Below, in pieces: positions 27,785-37,336 of a DNA stretch of 62,689 bases (its first letter is position 1; each line of letters starts with the position of its first letter). This stretch comes from Pseudomonadota bacterium. Its GTDB lineage: Bacteria; Bdellovibrionota_B; Oligoflexia; Oligoflexales; CAIYRB01. The notes below the pieces were generated by a model. That model ran no database searches. It saw only the letters and a program-made list of their open reading frames with translations, and was not told the origin of the DNA. The translations under genes and the position numbers were made by a program. The stretch lies in assembly GCA_031416315.1 (NCBI GenBank), contig JANOTL010000171.1, forward strand, positions 1 to 62,689. Direction: 5' to 3'.

Positions 27785-28735
27785 CTATTCAATATTCTGC
27801 ACTTGTTGGCGGATCCTTTCCACCGTCTGTTTCATTTCGATGGTGTGCTGGGCGACCTCGGTCTGCACGAGCTTGTTGGACATCGTGTTTACCTCGCGGT
27901 GCATTTCCTGGCAGAGAAAGTCGAGCTTGCGTCCCGAGGCCTCCTCGGAGGTCATGAGCCGCTTGAACTCCGCGAGGTGCGTGGCGAGCCGCGTCAGCTC
28001 TTCGTCGATGTCGCACTTGTCGGCCAAGACCGCGACCTCGGCCAGAATCCGCTCCTCGGGGGGAAGGGAGACGGTCGGCTGCCCGGCCTTGGCGAGGGTC
28101 GCGAGGAAGCTCTCGAGCCGTTTCACGTAGGTCTTGTGGAGGTGCACCATGATGGCGTCGTGCTTGGCGGCGACGGCGTTGCGGCCGGTCTCCATTTGCG
28201 ACAGGAGCTCGAGGAGCGCAACCTCGAGCGACTCGCCTTCCTTTTTGCGGGCCTGGATGGCGGCGGTCAAAGCCGCGTCCAGAGCCTTGAAGAGGGGCAC
28301 GCGGTGCCCCTCGGCGGCGTCTTGCCCCCGCGCCTTCCGGCCGTCCCCGGTGGCGAGAACGCCTTCCATGCTCAAAAGGTGGCCGAGGTTCAAGCTCGTT
28401 TGCACCTGGCCAAGCTCGGCACCGCTCGTCTTGCGCAAGGCGATCGACGCCTCGCCGAGGAGCTTGGCGTAATGCGTCAAGACCTCGTGGTCGAGCGACG
28501 GGAGGTCGCGCGTCGCGCCCGCCTTGTTGCAGTCGATGAAGATGTCGACCTTGCCGCGACGGAGCTTCGTCTTCACGTGGTTCACGAGCTCGGTCTCGAG
28601 CGGCATGAGGTGGCGCGGCAGGCGGACCGAGACCTCGAGGTAGCGCGAGTTCAGCGAGCGGATCTCGCAGGAGTAGGTGAGGGGGCCGTCGGCCTGTTCG
28701 CCGAAACCGTAGGCCGTCATGGAGCTCGGATGCAT
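27785..28735 (-). CDS. yicC: YicC/YloC family endoribonuclease
   Basis: SMTAYG, EIRSLNSRYLE, RRGKVD, DIDEELTRL, GRKLDFLCQEMHREVNT, QVQNIE. Confidence 0.95.
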   Translation of the reverse strand: MHPSSMTAYGFGEQADGPLTYSCEIRSLNSRYLEVSVRLPRHLMPLETELVNHVKTKLRRGKVDIFIDCNKAGATRDLPSLDHEVLTHYAKLLGEASIALRKTSGAELGQVQTSLNLGHLLSMEGVLATGDGRKARGQDAAEGHRVPLFKALDAALTAAIQARKKEGESLEVALLELLSQMETGRNAVAAKHDAIMVHLHKTYVKRLESFLATLAKAGQPTVSLPPEERILAEVAVLADKCDIDEELTRLATHLAEFKRLMTSEEASGRKLDFLCQEMHREVNTMSNKLVQTEVAQHTIEMKQTVERIRQQVQNIE

Positions 28736-28750
28736 CGGTGGTCTCGCGTC

Positions 28751-29122
28751 TTAGGGTTTTTCGGCGGCTTCCAGCGCCCGCAGCACGAGATCCGTCTCGC
28801 GGGTGAGGACCTGGACGGCCTTGGCGATCGCGTCGATCTTGGCGCGGGCTTTGTCGTCGTCGAAGCGGTAGCCGCTCTCCAGCGCTTGGATCGCAAGACC
28901 CAAGGTGCGGCCGGCAGCCTTCAGGTCGTGGCGACGCTTCGTCAGCGCTCGCCGCTGGTTGGCGGCGTCCGGGACGATGACGAGGGCCAAGTCCGCGCCC
29001 TGCGCATGCGCGGCGTCGAACAGCGCCTTTGCAGGCGCCGCCAAGGCTTCCGGCGCTTCGGCGGCGGTGGCGACGAGGCGGACCGCGTCGAGGTCTTCGG
29101 GGGTGGGGGTCTTGGGCTCCAT
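28751..29122 (-). CDS. small helical hypothetical protein (HisKA/DHp-like segment)
   Basis: RRHDLKAAGRTLGLAIQAL followed by a second amphipathic helix; upstream of yicC. Confidence 0.55.
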   Translation of the reverse strand: MEPKTPTPEDLDAVRLVATAAEAPEALAAPAKALFDAAHAQGADLALVIVPDAANQRRALTKRRHDLKAAGRTLGLAIQALESGYRFDDDKARAKIDAIAKAVQVLTRETDLVLRALEAAEKP

Positions 29123-29187
29123 TGTCTGAGTGTGATATGGGAAACCGTAGATTTTCTCACGCATTTTCGGTGGCGCCCGTGGACGGC

Positions 29188-29583
29188 ATGAACGGCTTTT
29201 TTCATGTGGGCTCGGCGCTGGGTGCCGTCGCTCTAGCCTGGGCGCTCCTCATGGTCCAGAAGCAGCGCAACATGCTGCGTACGTCGATCAAGGCGCTGGC
29301 GGCCGCAGAGGCCAAGGGCTCTGGGCAGGTGGCCATCGAGAGCCCGGGCCGATGGCTGGCGGGCTTCGCCAAGGCCTTGGGCGTTTCTTATGAAAATCCG
29401 GATAGTTGGGATTTACCCCCGCGAAGGATCGAGGTGGCGGGATGGCTGCGCCTCGTTCTCGCACAGCCCGTATCCTTGATACGATGTCGTCAATCGTCAG
29501 ACTCCTCCGGAACCATGATCGTCGAGTTGCTCGGGCCAGGCGGCGACGCCCGGACCGTGACGCTCGGCAAGGAGAACGCATGA
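29188..29583 (+). CDS. hypothetical protein with N-terminal TM anchor
   Basis: Hydrophobic N-terminus; ATGA overlap with the next gene. Confidence 0.55.
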   Translation: MNGFFHVGSALGAVALAWALLMVQKQRNMLRTSIKALAAAEAKGSGQVAIESPGRWLAGFAKALGVSYENPDSWDLPPRRIEVAGWLRLVLAQPVSLIRCRQSSDSSGTMIVELLGPGGDARTVTLGKENA

Positions 29584-30602
29584 AATCGTCGGCTCACCCC
29601 TTCCTCGCCCTCGGGCTCCTCGTCGCGGTCTTGACCGCCGGCTGCGCCAAGGACGGCAAAGACGTGCAGGAGCCGATGCCGCCGCCGCCGCGCATCACCT
29701 CGACGATGAAGCTCGACGACGCCCTGAAGGCTGCGGTCGACTACGGCGGCGACACGATGACCGACGTGCGCAAGCTCCTGCGCAAGCGGAAGGAGTTCGC
29801 CAAGGCGGCGCCGATCGTCCGCACGGCGATCCTCGAAGGCATCGAGGACTCGCAGAATCATCAGCTGATGAACGCGACCGCGCTGTACATGATGACCCCG
29901 GAGCAGCCGCCGGTGGAGATGCTCGAGAAGATGATCGGCTCCGGTCGCCCGCTCGCGGCGCAGCTCGGCTGGCAGATTGCGGCGGTGAAGCCGTCTCCAG
30001 CCGTCGCGGCGATGCTGGACCAGATCCTGACGCGCGCCCTGAAGGAGAACGACGAGGACACGATCATGCTGCCGCAGATGGCGAACGCGGTCGCCTCGAA
30101 CCGGCTGACGAGCGCCTACACCATGGTGCGCCGCGGCCTGATGATGCGCGGCGACGAGGAGTTTGCGCAAGCCATGATCGGCCTCGACGCGGACCGCGCC
30201 TCGGTGGATTTCCTGCCTTACCTCGCGCAGGCGAACGCGGAGGAGCTGCGCCAGCTGACGCTCGGCAGCGTCAACGTCTACGCGGTGATCGCGATCTTGA
30301 AGCACATGCTCCGCTTCCCCGCCGACATCGGCGCGCCGGGCGTCGACCACCTCTTCGTCTACGCCGTGTCGCGCAACGTCGCCTTGGCCGAGCTGGCGCA
30401 GCAGGTGCTCGAGCAATACGTACCGAAGAGCACCGAGCTCTTGGCGCAGGGTCTCGCGCGACATCCCCTTTGGGTCCAGATCGCGTACATCGAGGGCGCG
30501 CGGCGGAAGATGACGCCGAAGGTCGGGCTTTTGGTGACGGAGTTGAAGAAGTCGACTTCGGAAGAGGACGTGATTGCGGAGATCGATGAGCTGAAGTTTT
30601 AG
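29580..30602 (+). CDS. lipoprotein, alpha-helical (HEAT-like) hypothetical
   Basis: AGGAG SD, lipobox LTAGC, Ala/Leu-rich helices. Confidence 0.75.
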   Translation: MKSSAHPFLALGLLVAVLTAGCAKDGKDVQEPMPPPPRITSTMKLDDALKAAVDYGGDTMTDVRKLLRKRKEFAKAAPIVRTAILEGIEDSQNHQLMNATALYMMTPEQPPVEMLEKMIGSGRPLAAQLGWQIAAVKPSPAVAAMLDQILTRALKENDEDTIMLPQMANAVASNRLTSAYTMVRRGLMMRGDEEFAQAMIGLDADRASVDFLPYLAQANAEELRQLTLGSVNVYAVIAILKHMLRFPADIGAPGVDHLFVYAVSRNVALAELAQQVLEQYVPKSTELLAQGLARHPLWVQIAYIEGARRKMTPKVGLLVTELKKSTSEEDVIAEIDELKF

Positions 30603-31582
30603 GGCGCGCTCCAGCGATCGAGATTGGCGAGCACCGAGGTCGCGCGCGTGAGCGAGGCCTCGGAGTAGCCGAAGGCCCGCTTGATCTCCATGTCCCGATC
30701 GATCGTGTTCTTCGTCCGCTCCAAGGCGAACACCTTCCGGGCCCCGAGCTGGCGCACGTAGTAGAAAGAGTTGGTCGGCACCGGCCAGTCGCTGCCGAAG
30801 AGCGTGCGCTCCTCGATCAGCTCGTCCTTGGCGAGCGCCGGCAAGTGCGAGAACCGTGACGGGTTGCAGATGCCGGAGTTGTCGACGAAGAGGTGCGGAT
30901 ACCGCTTCAGCAGCTCTTTCAGCTTCGGGATTTGATCCGGCTCGCTCGTGCCGAGGATGCGGGTCGCCGTGTGGGCGCAGATCACCTTGACGCCGGCCTC
31001 TAGCGGCTGCACGAGGCGCTCGACGTTGTTGTACTCCGCCGTCACCGTCTTGAACGTGCGCTCGCCGCCCATGTGGATCAAGAGCGGGATCTTCGCCCGC
31101 GCGGCGACGCGGTAAAACTCCTTGATGCGGTCGCTCGCCGGGTCGATGCCCTGCGCCGCGGGCAACCACTTGATGAGAACGGCGCCGTGCTCGATGCAGT
31201 ATTCGAGACGCTCGACGGCGTCCTTGCGATGCGGATTGATCGACGGGCCGGGGAGAAGCTCCGGATGCTTTTTGCACATAGCGAACACCCATTCCGGCGG
31301 CACGATCAGCTGCGATGCGGCCTCGTCGAACTCGCCGCGCTCGTGGTCGTAGACGCCGTCAAAGCCGAGCGCCACGCCCTTGTCCACTTGGGACCCGCGC
31401 ACGAGGGTGGCGATCCGCTCGGCCCAGTCGGTGTCGATCGTCGTGCGCATCGCCTCGTCCGTGATGCCGTGCATGAGCTTCAGCATGCGGAAAGTGGAGC
31501 GTGCCCGAAAACTAGGCGAAACCCAGCAGCCCGAGTTGCAGCAACCGGTGCCGGCGAGATGCATGTGAACGTCGATTTTCAT
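30599..31582 (-). CDS. amidohydrolase family protein (Amidohydro_2)
   Basis: IDVHMH, SINP, LLIHMG, VICAH, LFGSDWP. Confidence 0.9.
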   Translation of the reverse strand: MKIDVHMHLAGTGCCNSGCWVSPSFRARSTFRMLKLMHGITDEAMRTTIDTDWAERIATLVRGSQVDKGVALGFDGVYDHERGEFDEAASQLIVPPEWVFAMCKKHPELLPGPSINPHRKDAVERLEYCIEHGAVLIKWLPAAQGIDPASDRIKEFYRVAARAKIPLLIHMGGERTFKTVTAEYNNVERLVQPLEAGVKVICAHTATRILGTSEPDQIPKLKELLKRYPHLFVDNSGICNPSRFSHLPALAKDELIEERTLFGSDWPVPTNSFYYVRQLGARKVFALERTKNTIDRDMEIKRAFGYSEASLTRATSVLANLDRWSAP

Positions 31583-31673
31583 CGCAATCCTGTTGCCGAG
31601 TCGGAATTTTCCATTTAGCCTCGAACTATATACCCAGTCACGAGACCAGACGCCAAACGAGGAACCAGTCGGG

Positions 31674-32111
31674 ATGGAATCCATCACGCCGGAGTTGCTG
31701 GAAACCTATCTGCGCGAGTACGGCTGGAGCTTCGAGGCCTTGGGTGACGACACCTGGTGCACCGGATTCCAGGGCGAGACGCGCCTTTATCCCTTGACGA
31801 TCTCGCTCTCGTCGACTTGCGTCTCCTTCGAGGTGCGGCCATTGATCGATCTCACGCTCGATCGCTCGCGATGGCCGGAGATGTCGCTTTACCTCCTGCA
31901 GCTCAACGCGCGCCTCCAGCTCGTGAAGCTCGGCGTCGGCGAGGGCGGCGAGCTCATGCTTTCGTGCCAGGTGCTCTCGACCGGCTTCGACTACGAGACC
32001 TTGAACCGGATCCTCGGGATCGTCGGCTACTATGCCGACGAGCTCGCGCCCGAGATCTACGGGCGGTTGGCGACTTATTGCCCCGAAGCGCAGACGCTTT
32101 TCCTTCAGTAA
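31674..32111 (+). CDS. YbjN/T3SS-chaperone-like domain protein
   Basis: LETYLREYGWSF...YLLQLNARLQLVKLGV; size and pattern fit the YbjN family. Confidence 0.7.
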   Translation: MESITPELLETYLREYGWSFEALGDDTWCTGFQGETRLYPLTISLSSTCVSFEVRPLIDLTLDRSRWPEMSLYLLQLNARLQLVKLGVGEGGELMLSCQVLSTGFDYETLNRILGIVGYYADELAPEIYGRLATYCPEAQTLFLQ

Positions 32112-32184
32112 TATTAAATATTTGCGGCACTGAAGCCGGGGTTTCCGCTTAAGCGGAAGGTGATTCGGCCGATACGTCTGGGCG

Positions 32185-33141
32185 ATGAATCAACCCGTAC
32201 AACCGCAGCAAAGACCGATGCCCGCGAAGCTCGGCTTCTACCGCGTCCTCGAAGAGGTCGGCGTGGGCGGGCTCGGGCGCGTGTTCCGCGGCATCGACGA
32301 GCGCACCGGGAAGACGGTCGCGATCAAGGTCTTGCACGACAAGTACGCCAACAACCGCAAGTTCCTCGGCATCTTCCATCGTGAGCTCCTGATCATGGCC
32401 GGGATGCATCACAAGCACATCGTCGAGTTCATCGACGCGCACTTCGAGCCGCCGAACTGCTATCTCGTGACCGAGTTCATCGACGGCTGGTCCGGTCACG
32501 CGTTCATGAAGCAGGTGTGCCCGATGCCGCCGCTCGTAGCGCTGTCGATCATCATCGACATGATGAAGGGCGTCGACCATCTGCATCTGCACGACACCGT
32601 GCATTCGGATCTTTCAGCCGCGAATTTCCTGCTCGACCAGTCGGGCCGCGTCATGGTCACCGACTTCGGCCTGTCGTGCCAGATGGAAGTCGAGGACTAC
32701 AAGAACTACATGATCGGCACGCCCGGGTATTACTCGCCCGAGCACATCAGCGAGGCGTCGATCTGTCCGCAGACCGACATCTACTGCGCTGGCCTGATCC
32801 TGTTCGAGATGATCGCGCAGAAGAAGGCCGTGATCGCGTCGACCGAGCGGAAGAAGGTTCTGACCGCGATGAAAAAGATCGACTTCGACTCGCTGCCGAT
32901 CGCAGACAAGCAGCTGAAGTCGATGGTGGTGAAGCTCTTGAAGGGCGCGTTGGCGTTCAAGCCGGGAAGCCGGATTCAGACGGCCGAGCAGATGATGTTC
33001 GGTTGTTACGAGATCCTGCGCCGGTACGAGATTCGGTACGCGCGCCATGCGATCAAGAAGTTTCTCGTCGACAAGGGCCTGGTGAAAGGGCCTTTCGACG
33101 GGAACGAGCAGAACATCTACTTTGGGTTTGGTGAGGGCTGA
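32185..33141 (+). CDS. Hanks-type Ser/Thr protein kinase, cytoplasmic
   Basis: GVGGLG, VAIK, HSDLSAAN, DFG, GTPGYYSPE, DIY; no TM segment. Confidence 0.92.
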   Translation: MNQPVQPQQRPMPAKLGFYRVLEEVGVGGLGRVFRGIDERTGKTVAIKVLHDKYANNRKFLGIFHRELLIMAGMHHKHIVEFIDAHFEPPNCYLVTEFIDGWSGHAFMKQVCPMPPLVALSIIIDMMKGVDHLHLHDTVHSDLSAANFLLDQSGRVMVTDFGLSCQMEVEDYKNYMIGTPGYYSPEHISEASICPQTDIYCAGLILFEMIAQKKAVIASTERKKVLTAMKKIDFDSLPIADKQLKSMVVKLLKGALAFKPGSRIQTAEQMMFGCYEILRRYEIRYARHAIKKFLVDKGLVKGPFDGNEQNIYFGFGEG

Positions 33142-33282
33142 GCGCCGAGCCGCCGTGACCTCCGCCAATCGCAACTAATTTACAATTGCCTAGGGCCGGG
33201 GTATGGTCCGCCCGCAGCCGCAAAAATTCGCGGGTCGGGCCCGAGGCATCAGGCAATTCTTCTATTAATCTTAGCAATTTGC

Positions 33283-33942
33283 ATGACGATGGCGGCCCCC
33301 TTGGCGGCGGCGGCCCTGGCGCGTCTCGGCCACGGCGGCACGGAGCAAGGCGCAGGGAAACTGCACCTGCCCCGGCTCGTATACGCGCTTTTGGCCCTGT
33401 CGATGATCGTCGGGGTCGTTCCAGCCGTGTCGAAGGCCCTGGGCTGGTCTGCGGCCTTGGCGCTGGGCGCTGGCGCAGCCGTGGCCTTCCTGGCGACCCG
33501 CTTGCGGGGCGACGCCCCGTTCGGCACCTGGCTCCTGGCCGTCGGCATCGGCGGGGCGACCCTGCACTCGTTCCTGGACGGCGCCATGCTCTTCAGCTTC
33601 GGCGAGGCATCGGCGACGCGTGTCTTCGCGCCTCTGGTCCTCCTCGATCGCGTGACGCTCGGGCTCGCCGCCTGGGCGCTACTCTTGGCCGCGTTCGGCC
33701 GCGGCGTAGCGATGCTCGGCCTCTTCGCGATTGCGGCGTCGACGGCGCTCGGCTACGTGGCGGTGGAGTTCGTGACGACGCGGCTCGCGGACGACACGTT
33801 CGTCGCGTGGGTCAATGCGGCTTTGGCGGGCGTGTTGATCTGGTTGGTGGCCGGGCATGCGGTACGCGGGCCTTGGCGGCCCGGGTTTCGCGAGCGAGAG
33901 CCGAAGCGGGAGTTTACGGTGGTGTCGGCGCAGAGGCCGTAG
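33283..33942 (+). CDS. multi-TM membrane protein, ZIP-like motif
   Basis: About 6 hydrophobic segments; LHSFLDG. Confidence 0.55.
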   Translation: MTMAAPLAAAALARLGHGGTEQGAGKLHLPRLVYALLALSMIVGVVPAVSKALGWSAALALGAGAAVAFLATRLRGDAPFGTWLLAVGIGGATLHSFLDGAMLFSFGEASATRVFAPLVLLDRVTLGLAAWALLLAAFGRGVAMLGLFAIAASTALGYVAVEFVTTRLADDTFVAWVNAALAGVLIWLVAGHAVRGPWRPGFREREPKREFTVVSAQRP

Positions 33943-34540
33943 GCGTGGGCGGCTTAGCGCGAGCCTTTGCGCCGCGTCGGGCGTTGGCTCCGGCCTTCGC
34001 GGCTTCGCCACGTGCCGCCTGCAACTCAGCGCTTCCCGTCCGTTCGCGGCGGAACATCTCACTTCGCACCGTGATGCAAGCGCCGCCGCGACAGCTCGCT
34101 TTCAGGGTTGCTTCAGCGGGCTTGTCGTGCCAAGCGAGTGAGGCGTTCTCGCATGCCGCGTCGCCAGCGGTTGTCGCAGCGACCCTGCGTGCGGCTGCGA
34201 GCGCGTCGCGGCGGACGGCAATCGGGCAGTCGTCGGCGGTCAACGCGCAATCGGTGGCGACGTGGCAGGCGGTGTCGAGGGTCGGGGATCCGTCGCGGCT
34301 CGGCACCGCAGGAAGCGTCGCCGCAATCACCGGGGCGGCGGACCGTGCGCTAAGGCGGGTTTCCGGGCTCCGGGTTGCGGACGCGGGGGTCGCCGCGCGG
34401 ACATTCGCCGACACGGCACCGGCCGGCGGAGGCTCTGCCTCGGCGCCGGCCGGTCTTAGAACTTGGATCAGGGCCACCACCACCAGGCCGAAGCCCAGCG
34501 CCTTGAGAAGGAAGCGGTGGTGGCCCCGGCTCGTCATCAC
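33914..34540 (-). CDS. membrane-anchored Cys-motif hypothetical protein
   Basis: N-terminal TM, Ala/Pro linker, CHVATDC..C..C..CRGGAC; overlaps the stop of the upstream lipoprotein. Confidence 0.55.
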   Translation of the reverse strand: MMTSRGHHRFLLKALGFGLVVVALIQVLRPAGAEAEPPPAGAVSANVRAATPASATRSPETRLSARSAAPVIAATLPAVPSRDGSPTLDTACHVATDCALTADDCPIAVRRDALAAARRVAATTAGDAACENASLAWHDKPAEATLKASCRGGACITVRSEMFRRERTGSAELQAARGEAAKAGANARRGAKARAKPPTPTASAPTPP

Positions 34541-37200
34541 TCGTCAGCTGCGGCTTTCGTCGCATCGACGTAGAAGAGCGAAACGTAGTCGCTGCCGCTG
34601 TTGTAGCAGGTGTCCTTCCAGCCTTCTTCGAAGGCGAACTCTTTGAGGACCGTCCCGTCGAGGATCAGGTCGCGCCAGGCCTTGACCTCGCCGCGGACGC
34701 AGTCGGTTTCGGTCTCTGACTCGGAGTCGTAAGACTTCTCAGCGCGCAGACGCGAGCCGTCGACGAAGAGCGAGGCCGTGCCGTCGGGCTTCTGGACGAA
34801 AGTGACGTCGCCCGCCATGAGGCGATGGACCGGGCCACCGATCTCGAGGGGGAAGGCCTGGGCGCCGTCGGCCGCAGTCTCATGGTCCCAGCCGACGAAG
34901 ACATCCGCGGGGCAAGCCGAGTTGAGCGAGAGCTTGCGGAGCACGGCTTGGAAGGCGGGGTCCGAGAAGTAGGCTTCGCGGGCGACCATCTCTGAGACGC
35001 GGTCTTGCAGCCGGAAGAGCTTGGCGTAGGAGTTGCCGTCGACTTGGTAGCTGCCAAAGTTAGCGGCCGTGCACGTGTCGACGTCGGAGACGTCGATGCC
35101 GAGGCTCGCCAGGTCCCAGCAGAGCCAGGAGTAGTGGTGCTTGCCGACGCCGATCAAAGCCTTGACGTCGTCCGCCAGCGCGGTGAGGTCCGCTTCGGCA
35201 TTGGCGAGGGAGAAGGCGGAGTTCTCGACGCCCGAGGCGCTGACGAGGGCGATGCTGTCGCCGTTCGGGTCGCGGACGTTGATGCTGAAGAGGGCCAGGC
35301 GGCGTTGCGCGTCGCCGAGCTGGTAGGACAGTTGCTCGAGCGCTTCGAGAGCGTTCTCGTCGCGTTGCGCGTCCGAGAGCGCCACGTATTGCTGCGTCTG
35401 GTGGTCCCAGTAGGTGGCTTGATTGGTGTGCGCCAAGTTGGACTTGAGGTTGATCTTGCCGCAACCGCCGATGATCGGGGCAGCCGTGCCGATGAAGGCA
35501 TTGAGGATCGAGCGGGCCGAGTCGGTGACGCCGGTCTTGAGGCGCGTCGTGGAATCGGGCGTCGAGTAGTCGCGGAACTCGACCTTGCCGGCCAGGACGT
35601 TGAAGGCGGCGAGGCCGGAAGCATCGCTGAAGACCGGGGCGAAGTCGATGTTCCAGGAGCTAGAGCAAGCGTATTGAACGAGGTTCCCGGCCGATTGAAG
35701 CTCCATGACCATGGCGCGGATCGCCGTGCTTCCCTGGGCCTGAATCGTCGTGCTCGCGTCGTTGAGCTTGATGATGATGTTGTCGAGCTGGCCTTCGATC
35801 GTCGCGTCGACGTTCACGGCTTTCCAGCGCGTCGCGAAGTCGAGGTGCTGCTCTTTGGTCGCATTGTAGTAGTCGTAGTTGTAGATGGAGACGATGAGAT
35901 CACCGATCTCGCCGTACGTGATCAAGCTCTTGACGGCGTTCTGCAGGTAGATCTTGCCGGTGCCGCCGAGGCGCACGAGGTCCGTTTGGTCGAACTTTTT
36001 GACGGCGAGCTCGAGGAGTTCGCGCGATTCCTGGTTCCAGGAGATCTCGGCCCAGGCGGCGCCGATGGTTTTCAAGGTCTCGTCACTCACCGCGCCGGCG
36101 GCGGACTCGCGGGTCAGATCGGAGTACGCGGTCTGAATTTTCTCGTAGCGGTCGTCGGGGGCGCGCATGTAGCGGGCCTCGGAGAGACGACGGAAGAACT
36201 CCTCGACGAGCATGCGGCCCGACTGCGCGGCGAAGCCGTGCTTCTCGCCGTCGTCGCTGGACTGCGACACGAAGTAGCGGTCGAGCGCGGCGCGGGGCGC
36301 CCAGCCGTTCGCCTTGATCGCGGCGAGCGTCGCGTCGAACGTCAGGTCGCCGAACGTGTTCGTGCCGTCGCTGATGCTGTAACCCGCGTCGCAGGCGACC
36401 GCTTTGTCTTCGCTCGTCCAGAGCTCGAGATGCGGCGCGGTGAAGCCGTTGGACGCGTAGAAGCGCACGTACTGCTTCTCCGACCAGCCCGTGTTGGCGC
36501 GGTCCTCGGCCGAGGGCAGTCCCGAATAGTCCCCGGCACGAATCAACTTCTTGGCCTCGTCGCCGTCGATGCTCGTCTTTTTGAAGTCGTAATAGCCGCT
36601 GTCGATCGCGAGGCTCGCGAGCGCTTCCGGCTGCGCGACCACGATCTTGCTCGCATCAACCGCCGTGCCCACTGCCGTCTGAGCGAGATCACCGGCGCTC
36701 AGCGTGCCGGTTTCCGGATCGAGCGTCAGCGACAAAGAGGCCGCGTCGGTCTGGCCGCCGATGCCGCCGATCGTCTTGATGGCGAGGAGCTGCGAGGTGC
36801 CGTCGGCGTCGATCTTCAGGACCGCGACGATCAGGATCTTGCCTTGGAAGCCGGCGCAGCTCATCGAGTAGCTGCCGTCCGTGAGGTCGACGTCGTCGAT
36901 GCAGGTCGCGGCGTTCAGATCGGCGGTCATCGCCTTGACGTAGAGGCCGGCGAGCCCGGTCTCTTCGGTGAGTCCGGCGCCGGCCGAAGAGGTCAGCGAG
37001 AGCTTACCCGAAAGGGTCAGCGTCGAAGGCGAGAGCGTTCCGGGAGGCGTGACGCCAACTCCGCCGATGGTGCCACCGCCGCTCGTCGCGACGGTCGTGT
37101 CGCTGGAGTCGTCGTCATCTTTGTCTTTCTTCTTCGAGCATGCCGCCGAAGCGGCGAGCGCCAAAATCAAAGAAGTTGTCCAAACGCGCTTCGAGACCAT
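34537..37200 (-). CDS. large (887 aa) lipoprotein of unknown function
   Basis: GGGGAG SD, lipobox AAAC, KKKDKDDDD linker, strong codon bias. Confidence 0.85.
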   Translation of the reverse strand: MVSKRVWTTSLILALAASAACSKKKDKDDDDSSDTTVATSGGGTIGGVGVTPPGTLSPSTLTLSGKLSLTSSAGAGLTEETGLAGLYVKAMTADLNAATCIDDVDLTDGSYSMSCAGFQGKILIVAVLKIDADGTSQLLAIKTIGGIGGQTDAASLSLTLDPETGTLSAGDLAQTAVGTAVDASKIVVAQPEALASLAIDSGYYDFKKTSIDGDEAKKLIRAGDYSGLPSAEDRANTGWSEKQYVRFYASNGFTAPHLELWTSEDKAVACDAGYSISDGTNTFGDLTFDATLAAIKANGWAPRAALDRYFVSQSSDDGEKHGFAAQSGRMLVEEFFRRLSEARYMRAPDDRYEKIQTAYSDLTRESAAGAVSDETLKTIGAAWAEISWNQESRELLELAVKKFDQTDLVRLGGTGKIYLQNAVKSLITYGEIGDLIVSIYNYDYYNATKEQHLDFATRWKAVNVDATIEGQLDNIIIKLNDASTTIQAQGSTAIRAMVMELQSAGNLVQYACSSSWNIDFAPVFSDASGLAAFNVLAGKVEFRDYSTPDSTTRLKTGVTDSARSILNAFIGTAAPIIGGCGKINLKSNLAHTNQATYWDHQTQQYVALSDAQRDENALEALEQLSYQLGDAQRRLALFSINVRDPNGDSIALVSASGVENSAFSLANAEADLTALADDVKALIGVGKHHYSWLCWDLASLGIDVSDVDTCTAANFGSYQVDGNSYAKLFRLQDRVSEMVAREAYFSDPAFQAVLRKLSLNSACPADVFVGWDHETAADGAQAFPLEIGGPVHRLMAGDVTFVQKPDGTASLFVDGSRLRAEKSYDSESETETDCVRGEVKAWRDLILDGTVLKEFAFEEGWKDTCYNSGSDYVSLFYVDATKAAADE

Positions 37201-37269
37201 GCGATGTACTCCCCGTTGACCAAAGTCCGTCTGGGGAACCCAATCGGGAGATTTCTGGTAAACTCGACA

Positions 37270-37294
37270 AAATTATTGCGATACCCAATAATTT
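37270..37294. promoter_or_regulatory. perfect 9-bp inverted repeat, candidate operator
   Basis: AAATTATTG-cgatacc-CAATAATTT, 70 bp upstream of the 887-aa lipoprotein start. Confidence 0.5.
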
Positions 37295-37336
37295 CAGTCG
37301 TTTAAGATCGCGATTCCCTGGGCGGCAGGATGCCGA

